This document shows positions 51,037-60,736 of a stretch of DNA of 64,000 nucleotides, one piece after another. The notes beneath the pieces were generated by a model. It saw only the letters and a list, made by a program, of their open reading frames with translations, was not told where the DNA came from and searched no databases. The translations under genes and the position numbers were made by a program. Source of the DNA: an uncultured delta proteobacterium (GTDB lineage: Bacteria > Desulfobacterota > Binatia > DP-6). The DNA is taken from assembly GCA_963815115.1 (NCBI GenBank), contig CAWFFN010000008.1, positions 128,001 to 192,000 of the forward strand, written 5' to 3'. Positions within the stretch are counted from its first letter, which is position 1. Each line of letters opens with the position of its first letter.

Positions 51037-53385
51037 ATGGACACGATCGCGACGCACTATCGCACCTGCTCCCTGTGCGAGGCCACCTGCGGGCTCGAGA
51101 TCCGGACTCGCGGCCCGGAGATCGTGAGCATCCGGGGCGACGAGGCCGACCCGTTCAGCCGCGGCTACCTGTGCCCCAAGGGGCCGGCGCTGAAGCACCT
51201 GCACGACGATCCCGATCGCCTGCGCGAGCCGATGATCCGTCGCGGCGCCACCTGGGAGCGGGTCGGCTGGGGCGAGGCGTTCGCCGAGATCGACCGCCGG
51301 CTGCCGCCCATCATCCGCACGCACGGGCGCGACGCGGTCGCCGTCTATCTCGGCAACCCGTCGGCGCACCTCCTCTCCGCTCATGCTGTACCCGCGCGCG
51401 CTGCTGCGCGCCTCGGCACGCGCAACCTCTTCTCGGCCAGCACCGTCGACCAGATGCCGAAGCAGGTCGAGCGCGGGCTCATGTTCGGCACGCGCGCTGA
51501 GCGTGCCGGTGCCCGACCTCGACCGCACCGTCGTTCCTGCTCGTCCTCGGCGCCGATCCCGTGGTGTCGAACGGCAGCCTGATGACGGCGCCCGACGTGA
51601 AGGCGCGCCTGCGCGCCATCCGCGCACCGCGGCGGCAAGCTGGTGGTCATCGACCCGCGCCGCTCGCGCACGGCGGAGGAGGCCGACGAGCACCACTTCA
51701 TCCGCCCGGGCACCGATGCGCTGTTCCTCTTCGCCCTCGTCCACACGCTGTTCGCGGAGAACCTCGTCCGGCTCGGCCGCCTCGCACCGCACGTGGCCGG
51801 CGTCGAGGCGGTGGAGCGCGCTGGCGCGCGAGTTCACGCCCGGAGGCCGTCGGCGCCGCCTGCGGCATCCCGGCGGACACCATCCGCCGGCATCGCACGC
51901 GCGCTCGCCGCGCGCCGAGTCGGCCGCGGTCTACGGTCGCGTCGGCACGTGCCAGCAGGAGTTCGGCACCGCTGGCGAGCTGGCTCGTCGACGTGCTGAA
52001 CGTGCTCACCGGCAACCTCGACCGGCCCGGCGGCGCGATGTTCACCAAGGCGGCGGCCGGCGCCAGCAACACGCGCGGCGAGCCCGGACGCGGCAAGGGC
52101 GTCCGCTTCGGACGGCGCGACGAGCCGCGTGCGCGGGCTGCCCGAGGTCTTCGGCGAGCTGCCGGTCGGCTGCCTCGCCGAGGAGATCGAGACGCCGGGC
52201 GAGGGCCAGATCCGGGCGCTCATCACCATCGCCGGCAATCCGGTGCTCAGCACGCCGAACGGCGCGCGGCTGTCGGCCGCGCTCGGCTCGCTCGAGTTCA
52301 TGGTGAGCCTCGACATCTACCTGAACGAGACGACGCGCCACGCGGACGTGATCCTGCCGTCGCTCTCGCCGCTCGAGTCGTCGCACTACGACCTCGGCGC
52401 TCTGGCAGCTCGCCATCCGCAACTACGCAAACTACTCGGCGCCCGTCTTTTCTCCGCCGTCGGGTCGGCCGACCGACTGGGAGACCGTCCTGCGGCTGAC
52501 CGGCATCGTCATGGGTCAGGGACCCGACGCCGACACGGACGCGCTCGACGACTTCGTCGCCCTCCAGCAGGTGGAGAGCGCCGTCGGGGCGGCGGGCTCC
52601 TGCGTGCAGGGACGCGCACCGGCCGAGCTGATGGCCGCGCTCGCCCCGCGACGCGGCCCGGAGCGCCTGCTCGACCTGATGCTGCGCACCGGGCCGTACG
52701 GCGACGCATTCGGCGCGCGGCCCGACGGGCTCTCCCTGCGGCGCTCGAGGCGACCCCGCACGGGATCGACCTGGGCGCGCTCGCGCCGCGCATCCCCGAG
52801 GTCCTGCGCACCCGCTCGGGCATAGATCGAGCTGGCGCCGCGCCGAGATCACCGCCGACGTCCCCCGGCTGCGCTCGCGTCTCACGCGGCCGGAGGGCGG
52901 CATCGACGCTCGTCGGCCGCCGGGACCTGCGCTCCAACAACTCCTGGATGCACAACATCGAGCCGCTCGTGCGCGGCGAGACCGCGCTGCACCCTGTGGG
53001 TGCATCCCGACGACGCCGCGCGCCTCGGGCTCGCCGACGGCGCCGCCGGCGCGCGTGCGCTCGCGCGCCGGGCGCCTCGACGTGCCGGTGGAGGTCACCG
53101 ACGCGATCATGCCCGGCGTGGTGAGCATGCCGCACGGCTGGGGCCACGACGCGCCCGGGATGCGCGTTGCGCGTCGCGTCCGCCAACGCCGGCGTGAACA
53201 GCAATCTGCTGGCCGACGAGCTGGCGATGGATCCGCTGTCCGGCAACGCGGTGCTGAACGGCATCCCCGTAAGCGTGTGTCGAGCCGAGACCTCGTCTCG
53301 GCTCGAAGGGGAAGGCGAGCGTGTGGCGTCCGGTCCCTCAGGCGACCGCCATGCCGCGGCCGGCGAAGCCGGCGCGGCAAAATAG
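51037..53385 (+). CDS. Molybdopterin (bis-MGD) oxidoreductase with an N-terminal 4Fe-4S cluster; many apparent frameshifts
   Basis: TCSLCEATCG...CPKG, SASTVDQMPK, VIDPRRSRTA, GNLDRPGG, GNPVLSTP, RSNNSWMHN, HPDDA, PHGWGH, DPLSGNAVLNGIPV across several frames. Confidence 0.85.
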
Positions 53386-53479
53386 CGCGCCGCGGCCCGA
53401 CCGGAGCGCTCCGCACCTCTGCCGCGCCGGCGCCGCATGCTCGCCGTCCGTCCCGACCCGAGACGAAGTCTCGGGTCGG
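53281..53479. repeat. REP-like palindromic repeat cluster, copy B (inverted relative to copy A)
   Basis: CGAGCCGAGAC-CTC-GTCTCGGCTCG (53281-53305), shared 31-mer (53347-53377), CCGACCCGAGAC-GAA-GTCTCGGGTCGG (53453-53479). Confidence 0.72.
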
Positions 53480-53481
53480 CC

Positions 53482-53892
53482 TTACCGGGGCTGGGCCAGC
53501 GTGAGCCGCCCTTCGGCGCACAGCCGCCCGTCGACCAGGGCGCGGCCGCGCAGCTGCGTCGCGGCCTGGAAATGGCGCAGCACCTCGACCTCGATGCGGA
53601 GGACGTCACCGACCCGCACCGGATCGAGGACCCGGAAGTCGTCGACGGCCGCAAGGTAGCCCGGCTGGGGCGCGTCGTCCTTCAGGGCCGAGAGGAGCGC
53701 GCCCCCACCCTGGGCGAGGGTCTCGAGGAGGAAGGCCGCCGGCAGCGTGCCATCCGCTGCCACGCAGGGATCCGAGGCGGCCACGTGCTTCAGGAAGACG
53801 CCGCAGCGGTCGCCGATCTCGAGCACCCGGTCCAGGAGCAGGAAGGGGGCGGCGTGCGGAAGGCGGGGAAACGGAGTCCGCAGCTCGCTCAT
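53482..53892 (-). CDS. FabZ-like 3-hydroxyacyl-ACP dehydratase (hotdog)
   Basis: LPHAAPFLLLDRV, LLETLAQ, VRVGDVL. Confidence 0.85.
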   Translation of the reverse strand: MSELRTPFPRLPHAAPFLLLDRVLEIGDRCGVFLKHVAASDPCVAADGTLPAAFLLETLAQGGGALLSALKDDAPQPGYLAAVDDFRVLDPVRVGDVLRIEVEVLRHFQAATQLRGRALVDGRLCAEGRLTLAQPR

Positions 53893-55013
53893 CACGCTGC
53901 CTCTAGCCGGAGCGGCCGACACGCGCCACCCCGGGCGAGACCGTCGACCAGCACCCGGCGGACGGGCATCGCGCGCGCCGCGCCCGTGACCACGTCGAGG
54001 CCGCGGGCCGCCCCAGCTGGCCAGCCGATCGTGGGCGGCACGAGCGCGTGCGACATCGCCAGCGCGGCCGCCGCCACGGCGAGCGCTCCCGCGGCACCGA
54101 AGCTGCCCGTCGTGCCGCGCGGCGCCGTCACCGCCACCGGACGCCCGGCGAACGCGCGCGCGAGCGCCTCGGCCTCCAGCCCGTCCAGCACCACGTCGCC
54201 GTTCGCCGCCGCGACCACGAGGTCGACGTCGGCGGCGAGCGGTGCGAGGCGGCGCGCCAGCTCGCCCGCGTCGGCGGGCCACCCGTGAACCGGGGCCGGG
54301 ACACCGAAGCCTGCGTGCGGCACGAGACGCGCGTAGCGGCGCGCGCCCCGACGAAGTGCGCGCGCCGACGACTCCAGTACGAGCACCGCGGCGCCTTCGC
54401 CCGGAGTCGCGACGGCGCCCGACGCACGGCGCGCCGCGCGCTCGAGGCCCGGAAGGGCCGTGGCGAGCTCGTCCGCCGCGCCCGCCAGGCAGACCTCGGC
54501 CGTACCCTCGCCGACCTGTCGCGCTCCCCACCCGATCGCCGCCTCCCCCGAGGCCTCCTGCTCGGTCACCATCGCCGACGGTCCCGTGATGCCCAGCTCG
54601 ATCGCCAGGTAGCTGAGCGGCGCGTTCATCACCAGGTTCGGGAAGAGGAGCGGGTTGCCGGTGCCGCGGTCGAAGATGCGATCGAGAAAGGTGATCGTCT
54701 CCTCGACGTTACCGAATGCGGAGCCCAGCGCGAGCGCCGTGCGCGGCGGCGCCAGTGCCTCGGGCTCGAGACCGGCGTCGGCCAGGGCGAGCCGTGCGGC
54801 CGCCAGGGCCAGCAGCGACGTCCGATCGATCCGGCGTCCCTGCGCCGAACGAACCCAGCGGCGCGCCTCGAGGCCCTCCACCCGCGCCGGCGCGGCGGAT
54901 TCTCCGGGTGCGCGAGCGCCGCGGCCTGCGACGACCGCCTCCCAGAACGGCTCCACGCCGACACCGAGCGCGCTCACCACGCCGATGCCGGTCACGGCCA
55001 CGTCACCGATCAC
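53892..55013 (-). CDS. Ketosynthase-like chain length factor (no catalytic Cys/His)
   Basis: VAVTGIGVVSALG, NPLLFPNLVMNA; TEQEAS at the Cys position; AAANG and GTTGSFG replace HGTGT and GH. Confidence 0.82.
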   Translation of the reverse strand: MIGDVAVTGIGVVSALGVGVEPFWEAVVAGRGARAPGESAAPARVEGLEARRWVRSAQGRRIDRTSLLALAAARLALADAGLEPEALAPPRTALALGSAFGNVEETITFLDRIFDRGTGNPLLFPNLVMNAPLSYLAIELGITGPSAMVTEQEASGEAAIGWGARQVGEGTAEVCLAGAADELATALPGLERAARRASGAVATPGEGAAVLVLESSARALRRGARRYARLVPHAGFGVPAPVHGWPADAGELARRLAPLAADVDLVVAAANGDVVLDGLEAEALARAFAGRPVAVTAPRGTTGSFGAAGALAVAAAALAMSHALVPPTIGWPAGAARGLDVVTGAARAMPVRRVLVDGLARGGACRPLRLEAA

Positions 55014-56230
55014 GCGTCTCGTCCCAGCACGAGGGTGACGTTGTGCCCGCCGAAGCCGTACGAGGAGGTGAGTGCAATCCCGAGCGCCTGCCGGCGGCCC
55101 GCGGCCGGCACCAGGTCGAGGTCGCTCCACGCCGGATCGGGATCACGCAGCGTCGCCGTCGGCGGCAGGAGCGAGCCGTCGAGCGCGAGCACCGTGGTGA
55201 CCGCTTCGACCGCCCCCGCGGCACCGAGGCAGTGGCCGAGCTGCGACTTGGTGGAGCTGACGGGAACGCGCGGCAGGCGGGCTCCGAAGACGGCGCGCAG
55301 CACGCGCACCTCGACCTCGTCGTTCTGCCGCGTGCCGGTCCCGTGGGCGTTGACGTAGTCGACCGCGTCGGGCGGCACCGCCGCCGCGTCGAGCGCGCTG
55401 CGCACCGCGGCCAGCGCCGCGCGGCCCTCGGGATCGGGAGCGGTCACGTGGTGGGCGTCGGTCGTCGTGCCGTGCCCGAGCACCCGCGCGATCACGCGCG
55501 CGCCGCGCGCCCGCGCGTGCGCCGCGTCCTCGAGCACGAGGGCAGCCGCCCCCTCCCCCAGCGTGAGGCCGGCACGGTCACGGTCGAAGGGCCGGCAACC
55601 CTCCGGGTCGAGGGCCTGGAGGGCGTCGAAGCCTGCATGCGTGATGCGGCAGAGCCCGTCCGTCCCCAGCGCGATGGCCAACGCGAGCGTCCCCGACGCG
55701 ACGGCCCACGCGGCCTCGGCGATCGCCAGCGCGCTCGACGAGCATGCGGTGGAGAACGTGGCGCGCGGCCCGTGGATGCCGAAGGCCTGGGCGATCGCCG
55801 CCGCGCTGGTCGACAGCGGCGTCCCGAGCAGACGCGACAGCCGGTAGTGCCGGTCCTCCCCCGAGCGGTGGCGGCGATAGGCCTCTTCCGTCTCGGCCAT
55901 CCCGCCCACGGTGGCGCCCACGAAGATCCCCGCCGCTTCGAGGCGCTCGGTCTCGAGGCCAGCCTGCCGGTACGCCTGCTCGACGGCAGCGAGCGCGAAC
56001 CGGTCGGGACGCGACAGGCGCCGCACCGTCGCGGGCGGCAGCAAACCGAACGCCGCCACGGGCGGAGCGAGCTCCCGTACCTCGGCCGCGAGATGACAGC
56101 GGCCGCCGTGCGGAAACCGCGTCAATGGACCGACCGCGCAGCGGCCATCGGCGAGGCCGGCAGCGAGCGCCGCCACGTCCGCGCCGAGCGCCGTGATGGC
56201 GCCCACGCCGGTCACCGCGACCTGCCGCAC
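55010..56230 (-). CDS. Beta-ketoacyl-ACP synthase (FabF-like KS) #1
   Basis: STACSSS, NAHGTGT, KSQLGH, SYGFGG. Confidence 0.95.
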   Translation of the reverse strand: MRQVAVTGVGAITALGADVAALAAGLADGRCAVGPLTRFPHGGRCHLAAEVRELAPPVAAFGLLPPATVRRLSRPDRFALAAVEQAYRQAGLETERLEAAGIFVGATVGGMAETEEAYRRHRSGEDRHYRLSRLLGTPLSTSAAAIAQAFGIHGPRATFSTACSSSALAIAEAAWAVASGTLALAIALGTDGLCRITHAGFDALQALDPEGCRPFDRDRAGLTLGEGAAALVLEDAAHARARGARVIARVLGHGTTTDAHHVTAPDPEGRAALAAVRSALDAAAVPPDAVDYVNAHGTGTRQNDEVEVRVLRAVFGARLPRVPVSSTKSQLGHCLGAAGAVEAVTTVLALDGSLLPPTATLRDPDPAWSDLDLVPAAGRRQALGIALTSSYGFGGHNVTLVLGRDA

Positions 56231-56238
56231 ACCGACTC

Positions 56239-56499
56239 CTACGGCTGGCGCTCCGCAACGATGAAATCGACCAGCGACCGCACCGAGGCAAAGGCTCGCT
56301 TGCCCACCTCCTCGTCCGGAATGGAGACCCGGAATCGATCCTCCACCAGCACGACGAGCTCGAGCGCGTCGATCGAATCGAGACCCAGCCCGTCGCCGAA
56401 GATGGGCGAGTCCTCGGGGATGTCGCTCGGCGGACGGTCGAGCCGAAGCCCGGTCACCAGGAGCTGCTTCACCTCCGCGGCGAGCGCGTCGCGATCCAT
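56239..56499 (-). CDS. Acyl carrier protein (aryl-polyene-type)
   Basis: IFGDGLGLDSIDALEL phosphopantetheine motif; GAGG RBS. Confidence 0.93.
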   Translation of the reverse strand: MDRDALAAEVKQLLVTGLRLDRPPSDIPEDSPIFGDGLGLDSIDALELVVLVEDRFRVSIPDEEVGKRAFASVRSLVDFIVAERQP

Positions 56500-56510
56500 C
56501 GCGCGCCTCT

Positions 56511-57269
56511 TTAGAGCATCGTGAGACCGCCGTCCACGTGGAGGGTGGTCCCGGTCAGGTACGAGGCCGCCGGTGAGGCGAGAAAGAGAACGGCGCTGGC
56601 GATCTCGTCCGGCTCTGCGAAGCGGCCGAGGGGAATCTGACGTTCGAGATCCCGGCGCTCGGCCTCGGCCAGCTCGCGGATCAAGCGGGTGTCCACGAAG
56701 CCGGGGGAGACGGCGTTCACCGTGATGGCGTAGCGAGCGACCTCGCGCGCCAGCGACTTGGTGAGCGCGACCACTCCTCCCTTCGCCGCCGAATAGGCGG
56801 CGGCGCCTTCCTTGCCGAAGAAGGCTGCCGGCGAGACGACGTTGACGATGCGTCCCCACCGTCCGCCGATCATGCCGCGGAGCGCCGCCTTGCTGCACAG
56901 GAAGACGCCCGTCAGGTCGACGTCGAGCACGCGCCGCCAGCCGCTCTCGGGCAGCATCATCAGGAGGCCGTCGTGCGTCACCGCGGCGTTGTTCACCAGC
57001 ACGTCGGGCGCGCCGCCGAGCGCATCACGCAGCGCGCCGAAGAGCCGGCTCACGGCCTCGGCATCGGCGACGTCGGCCTGCACGGCGTGCGCCCGCGCGC
57101 CGGTGGCGCGTAGCGCGACCAGGGTCTCGTCGGCCTCGGCGTCGTCCTCGTCGCGCGAGTAGTTGAAGGCGACGGCCGCGCCCGCACGCGCAAACCCGAG
57201 CGCGACGGCTCGGCCGATACCGCGCGAGCCGCCGGTGACGAGCACGCGATGGCCGGCGAGCGCGCTCAC
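56511..57269 (-). CDS. fabG: 3-oxoacyl-ACP reductase (FabG-like SDR)
   Basis: TGGSRGIG, NNA, YSAAK, NAVSPGFVDT, VDGG. Confidence 0.92.
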   Translation of the reverse strand: MSALAGHRVLVTGGSRGIGRAVALGFARAGAAVAFNYSRDEDDAEADETLVALRATGARAHAVQADVADAEAVSRLFGALRDALGGAPDVLVNNAAVTHDGLLMMLPESGWRRVLDVDLTGVFLCSKAALRGMIGGRWGRIVNVVSPAAFFGKEGAAAYSAAKGGVVALTKSLAREVARYAITVNAVSPGFVDTRLIRELAEAERRDLERQIPLGRFAEPDEIASAVLFLASPAASYLTGTTLHVDGGLTML

Positions 57270-58228
57270 ACGGGACCCGGACCGGCCGCCACGAGCGCCC
57301 CGACGTGTCCGCTCGGGCAGACGTCGAGCACCAGGAAGGGGGCCGGGGTGGCGCCGGCAAGCGCGGCGACGAGCGCCAGCGGACAGGCCGCGGCAAAGGT
57401 CTCGCCGTACGCCGCCGAGGGATGCTGGATGCGCGGCTGCGTCCCGTCGAGGACGGCGTACAGCGCGCGCCGAGTCCGCTCCGCGGTGCTCGGCGCATCC
57501 CGCACGATGACCAGCGCCAGGTCCGTCTGCCGTACGCCCGCGTCCGCCAGCGCTCCCTCGATGGCGGACTGCACGCCCGCCGCTGCGCGATCGCGCTCGG
57601 GCGTGAACCCGGCCGCGTGTCCCATGATCCGGCCCCGAACCACCGCACCACGCCGGCGTGCCGCCAGGACCGGCTCGAGCACGACGATCGCGGCGCCGTC
57701 CCGCGGCGGCGCCTCCCCCATCGCGAGGCCGCCGTCCGCGAGCCAGCGCTCGAGGGTCGCGTCGCAGGCGTCCATTCCGCCGGCGACCATGGCGTCTGCC
57801 CGCCCGGTGGCGATCAGGTCCGCCGCGTGCGCGATCGCCAGCAGGCCCGCCGCACCGCCGGCGGTGAGGGTCACCGCCGGACCACCCAGGCGGAATCCGA
57901 TGCCGACCTCTCCCGCGGCCGCGTTCGAGACCGTCGCGGCGAAAAGCCGCGGGCTCGCCGCCTTGGGACCGTCGGCCGCGACGCGCCGCTGATACGCGGC
58001 GTTGGTGAGAAAACACCCGAAGGCGGTGCCGAGCGCCACGCCGACGCGGGGACGCGGAGCACCATCGGTCACCGCGAGCCCGGCCTCCTCGAGCGCGCGC
58101 CCGGTCGCGGCGAGGGCGAGCTGGGTCACGCGCTCTGCGCGCACGGCCCGCGCACGGATGGCATCGGGTAGCTCCCCGAGCTGGCCGTCGACGGCGGCCG
58201 CGGCGCCGGTGATCGCGATCTCCGTCAT
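57266..58228 (-). CDS. Second, more degenerate ketosynthase-like chain length factor
   Basis: GVALGTAFG, SPRLFAATVSNAAAG; TAGGAAG at the Cys position; translationally coupled to KS #2. Confidence 0.78.
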   Translation of the reverse strand: MTEIAITGAAAAVDGQLGELPDAIRARAVRAERVTQLALAATGRALEEAGLAVTDGAPRPRVGVALGTAFGCFLTNAAYQRRVAADGPKAASPRLFAATVSNAAAGEVGIGFRLGGPAVTLTAGGAAGLLAIAHAADLIATGRADAMVAGGMDACDATLERWLADGGLAMGEAPPRDGAAIVVLEPVLAARRRGAVVRGRIMGHAAGFTPERDRAAAGVQSAIEGALADAGVRQTDLALVIVRDAPSTAERTRRALYAVLDGTQPRIQHPSAAYGETFAAACPLALVAALAGATPAPFLVLDVCPSGHVGALVAAGPGPV

Positions 58229-59412
58229 GCGCGTCCCAGGACCAGGGCGGTGTTCGCGCCGGCGAAGCCGGACGAGGTCGAGATCGCCACGCGCACATCA
58301 CCCCGCCGCGCCTCGCCGTGCACCAGATCGAGGCCCTCGCAGGCGGGATCGGGATGCTCGAGTCCGACCGTAGGCGGGATGCACGCCTCGTCCAGCACCC
58401 CGCTGCACAGCACCGCCTCGAAGGCGCCCGCCGCGCCCAGGGTGTGGCCGATCGCTCCCTTGATCGAGTTCACCGGCACCGGACGGTCGCCGAAGAGCCG
58501 CCTGAGCGCGCGCGCCTCCATGGCGTCGTTGAAGGGGGTGCCGGTGCCGTGCGCGGAGACGAAGTCCACCGCGTCGGGATCGACGGCGGCATCGTGCAGA
58601 GCGGCCAGCACGGCCCGGACCAGGCCGCTGCCCTCGCGATCGGGAGCCGTCATGTGCGTGGCGTCGGCCGCTGCGCCGGTTCCGAGCACGCGCGCGCGCA
58701 CGCGCGCGCCGCGACGAGCCGCGCGCGCCGCTTCCTCGATCACCAGAACGGCGGCGCCCTCGCCGAGCACGAGGCCGCGCCGGTCGCGGTCGAAGGGACG
58801 CGCGACGTCGGCGGTCGCGTGCAGGCAGTTGAAGCCCGCAACCACGAACCGGCACAGGAGATCGGCGCCGCCCGCGAGGACCACCTCGGCGCGTCCGGCA
58901 CGCACCCAGTCCGCCGCCAGCGCCACCGCCGCGCTCCCGGAGGCACAGGCGAGCTGCGGCGTCACGACCGGACCGCGCGCGCCGATCGCCTCCGCCACGC
59001 GGGCGGCGGGCGCGTAGTACGGGATGCGCTCGAGGGAGCCAGGGGACGGGCTCCCCGCGGCCGCCGCGGCGTCCCACGTCTCGAAGATCCCCATGCCGCC
59101 GAGCGTGGTGCCGAGCGCCACGCCGACCCGGCCAGGCTCGAGCTGCTCGGGCGAGATCCCCGCCGCTTCCAGCGCCTGGGCTGCGGCCGCGAGCGCGAAA
59201 GCCCCCGCCCGGTCGGGGTCCCGATCGTCCTGATCGGTCACCTCGGCCGCGCTCGCCGGCTCGAGATCGTCGGCCGGGAATCGCCGGATGGGGGCGACCG
59301 CGGAGCGGCCCGCAATCAGGCCGCTCCAGAACGCCCCGACGGTGCGCCCGAGCGGGGACACCACCCCGCAGCCGGTGATGACAGCGGCACGTGCAGATCC
59401 AGCCAAGACCAC
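58225..59412 (-). CDS. Beta-ketoacyl-ACP synthase (FabF-like KS) #2
   Basis: LACASG, SAHGTGT, KGAIGH, SSGFAG. Confidence 0.94.
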   Translation of the reverse strand: MVLAGSARAAVITGCGVVSPLGRTVGAFWSGLIAGRSAVAPIRRFPADDLEPASAAEVTDQDDRDPDRAGAFALAAAAQALEAAGISPEQLEPGRVGVALGTTLGGMGIFETWDAAAAAGSPSPGSLERIPYYAPAARVAEAIGARGPVVTPQLACASGSAAVALAADWVRAGRAEVVLAGGADLLCRFVVAGFNCLHATADVARPFDRDRRGLVLGEGAAVLVIEEAARAARRGARVRARVLGTGAAADATHMTAPDREGSGLVRAVLAALHDAAVDPDAVDFVSAHGTGTPFNDAMEARALRRLFGDRPVPVNSIKGAIGHTLGAAGAFEAVLCSGVLDEACIPPTVGLEHPDPACEGLDLVHGEARRGDVRVAISTSSGFAGANTALVLGRA

Positions 59413-59467
59413 CGCAACTTAGCCCAGGACGTCGGGTGGTGCACGACGCTGGCCGGCGGCGGCGACG

Positions 59468-59932
59468 TCAGCTGTCGAAGCCCTGATCGTGGCTGGGAGG
59501 GCGGGACCCCGACGGATCGGGGGCCGCCGGATCGTCACCCTCGTGGGGGGCAGCCAGCGGGGCCCCGGCGAAGGAGAACGACTCCTCGCCCTGGATCATC
59601 GACGGCGTCAGGAAGTACGTCCCGAACAGCGACGGATCCCAGATCGCCTCCGCCGTCTTCGTGTCGCCGCCCGTCAGGCCGAGGGCCAGGCCGCCCGTCA
59701 GCCCGCCGATGCCGGCGTATGCCAGCTTCGCGGGCACGTAGACGACGTTCGCCAGGCCCGTCAGCACGCCCCAGCCGACGGTCGACCAGGTGTCGCTCTC
59801 GCCCGCCGCGGCGGTCTCGCCCGGGGGGGTCGTCGACCAGCCTTCGGTCTCGTCCCCGGCCCGCACCGCGCCGGCCACCAGCAGGGTCCCGGCCCCGAGG
59901 GCCGCCACGGCCACCAACCTCCACCCCTTCAT
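59468..59932 (-). CDS. Hypothetical exported/membrane protein with a Gly-rich hydrophobic core
   Basis: GAGGAGG RBS, signal peptide, NVVYVPAKLAYAGIGGLTGGLALGLTGG. Confidence 0.7.
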   Translation of the reverse strand: MKGWRLVAVAALGAGTLLVAGAVRAGDETEGWSTTPPGETAAAGESDTWSTVGWGVLTGLANVVYVPAKLAYAGIGGLTGGLALGLTGGDTKTAEAIWDPSLFGTYFLTPSMIQGEESFSFAGAPLAAPHEGDDPAAPDPSGSRPPSHDQGFDS

Positions 59933-59992
59933 ACGTCCTCCTCGGGAGCCCGCGCTCCCCGGCAGACGTCTAACCCAAAGCCGCGAGCGGCG

Positions 59993-60727
59993 CTACTCGG
60001 TACGGACCACGGCCTCGGGCGGCAGGAGGCCCAGGAGGTGAGCCAGGGCACGCTCGACGTACTCCGGGTCCTTCGATTCGAGCGTCAGCTTCACGGCGTA
60101 CTCCGGGTTGGCGAGCTTCGGATACGAGCCCAGGAGCAGGTCGGGGAAGGCGGCCAGGGTGGAGTTGAGATGCTCCGCGATGGAGCCCTCTCCTTCCCGC
60201 GTGTAGACCACCCGCAGCGTGTACGGCGTGGCCGCGAAGCGCTCGCGCAGGGTCTCGAACTTCTGCTCGAAGAGCTCCGGGATGCCGGGCAGGATGTAGA
60301 AGTTCTCGCACTTGACGGTGGGAAAGCCGAGCCGCCCGTCGACCAGCAGCTCCGAGCCCTCGGGCACCTCGGCCATCTTGAGGCGCGCGTCGTTGACGTG
60401 CTCCTTGTAGAACTCGCGCAGCCGGCTCTCGATCGCGGGATGGCGGACGATGGGGCGTCCGAGTCCCCGCGCGATGCCCTCCATCGTGACGTCGTCGTGG
60501 GTCGGGCCGACGCCGCCGGAGGTGAAGACCACGTCGTAGCGCGGCCTGAACTCGCGCACGGCGGCCGCGATGTCGTCGATCTCGTCGGGGATGGTGAGGA
60601 TGCGCTTCAGGGTGACGCCGATGGCCCGCAGCTCGCGCGTCAGGAAGGGTGCGTTGGTGTCGACGACCTTGCCCGAGAGGATCTCGTTGCCGATGACGAT
60701 GATCGCTGCCAGCAGATCGCGCGGCAT
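59993..60727 (-). CDS. CinA-like molybdopterin-binding (MoCF) domain protein
   Basis: IGNEILSGKVVDTN, SGGVGPTHDDVT, LPGIP. Confidence 0.9.
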   Translation of the reverse strand: MPRDLLAAIIVIGNEILSGKVVDTNAPFLTRELRAIGVTLKRILTIPDEIDDIAAAVREFRPRYDVVFTSGGVGPTHDDVTMEGIARGLGRPIVRHPAIESRLREFYKEHVNDARLKMAEVPEGSELLVDGRLGFPTVKCENFYILPGIPELFEQKFETLRERFAATPYTLRVVYTREGEGSIAEHLNSTLAAFPDLLLGSYPKLANPEYAVKLTLESKDPEYVERALAHLLGLLPPEAVVRTE

Positions 60728-60736
60728 GGCCGGACT

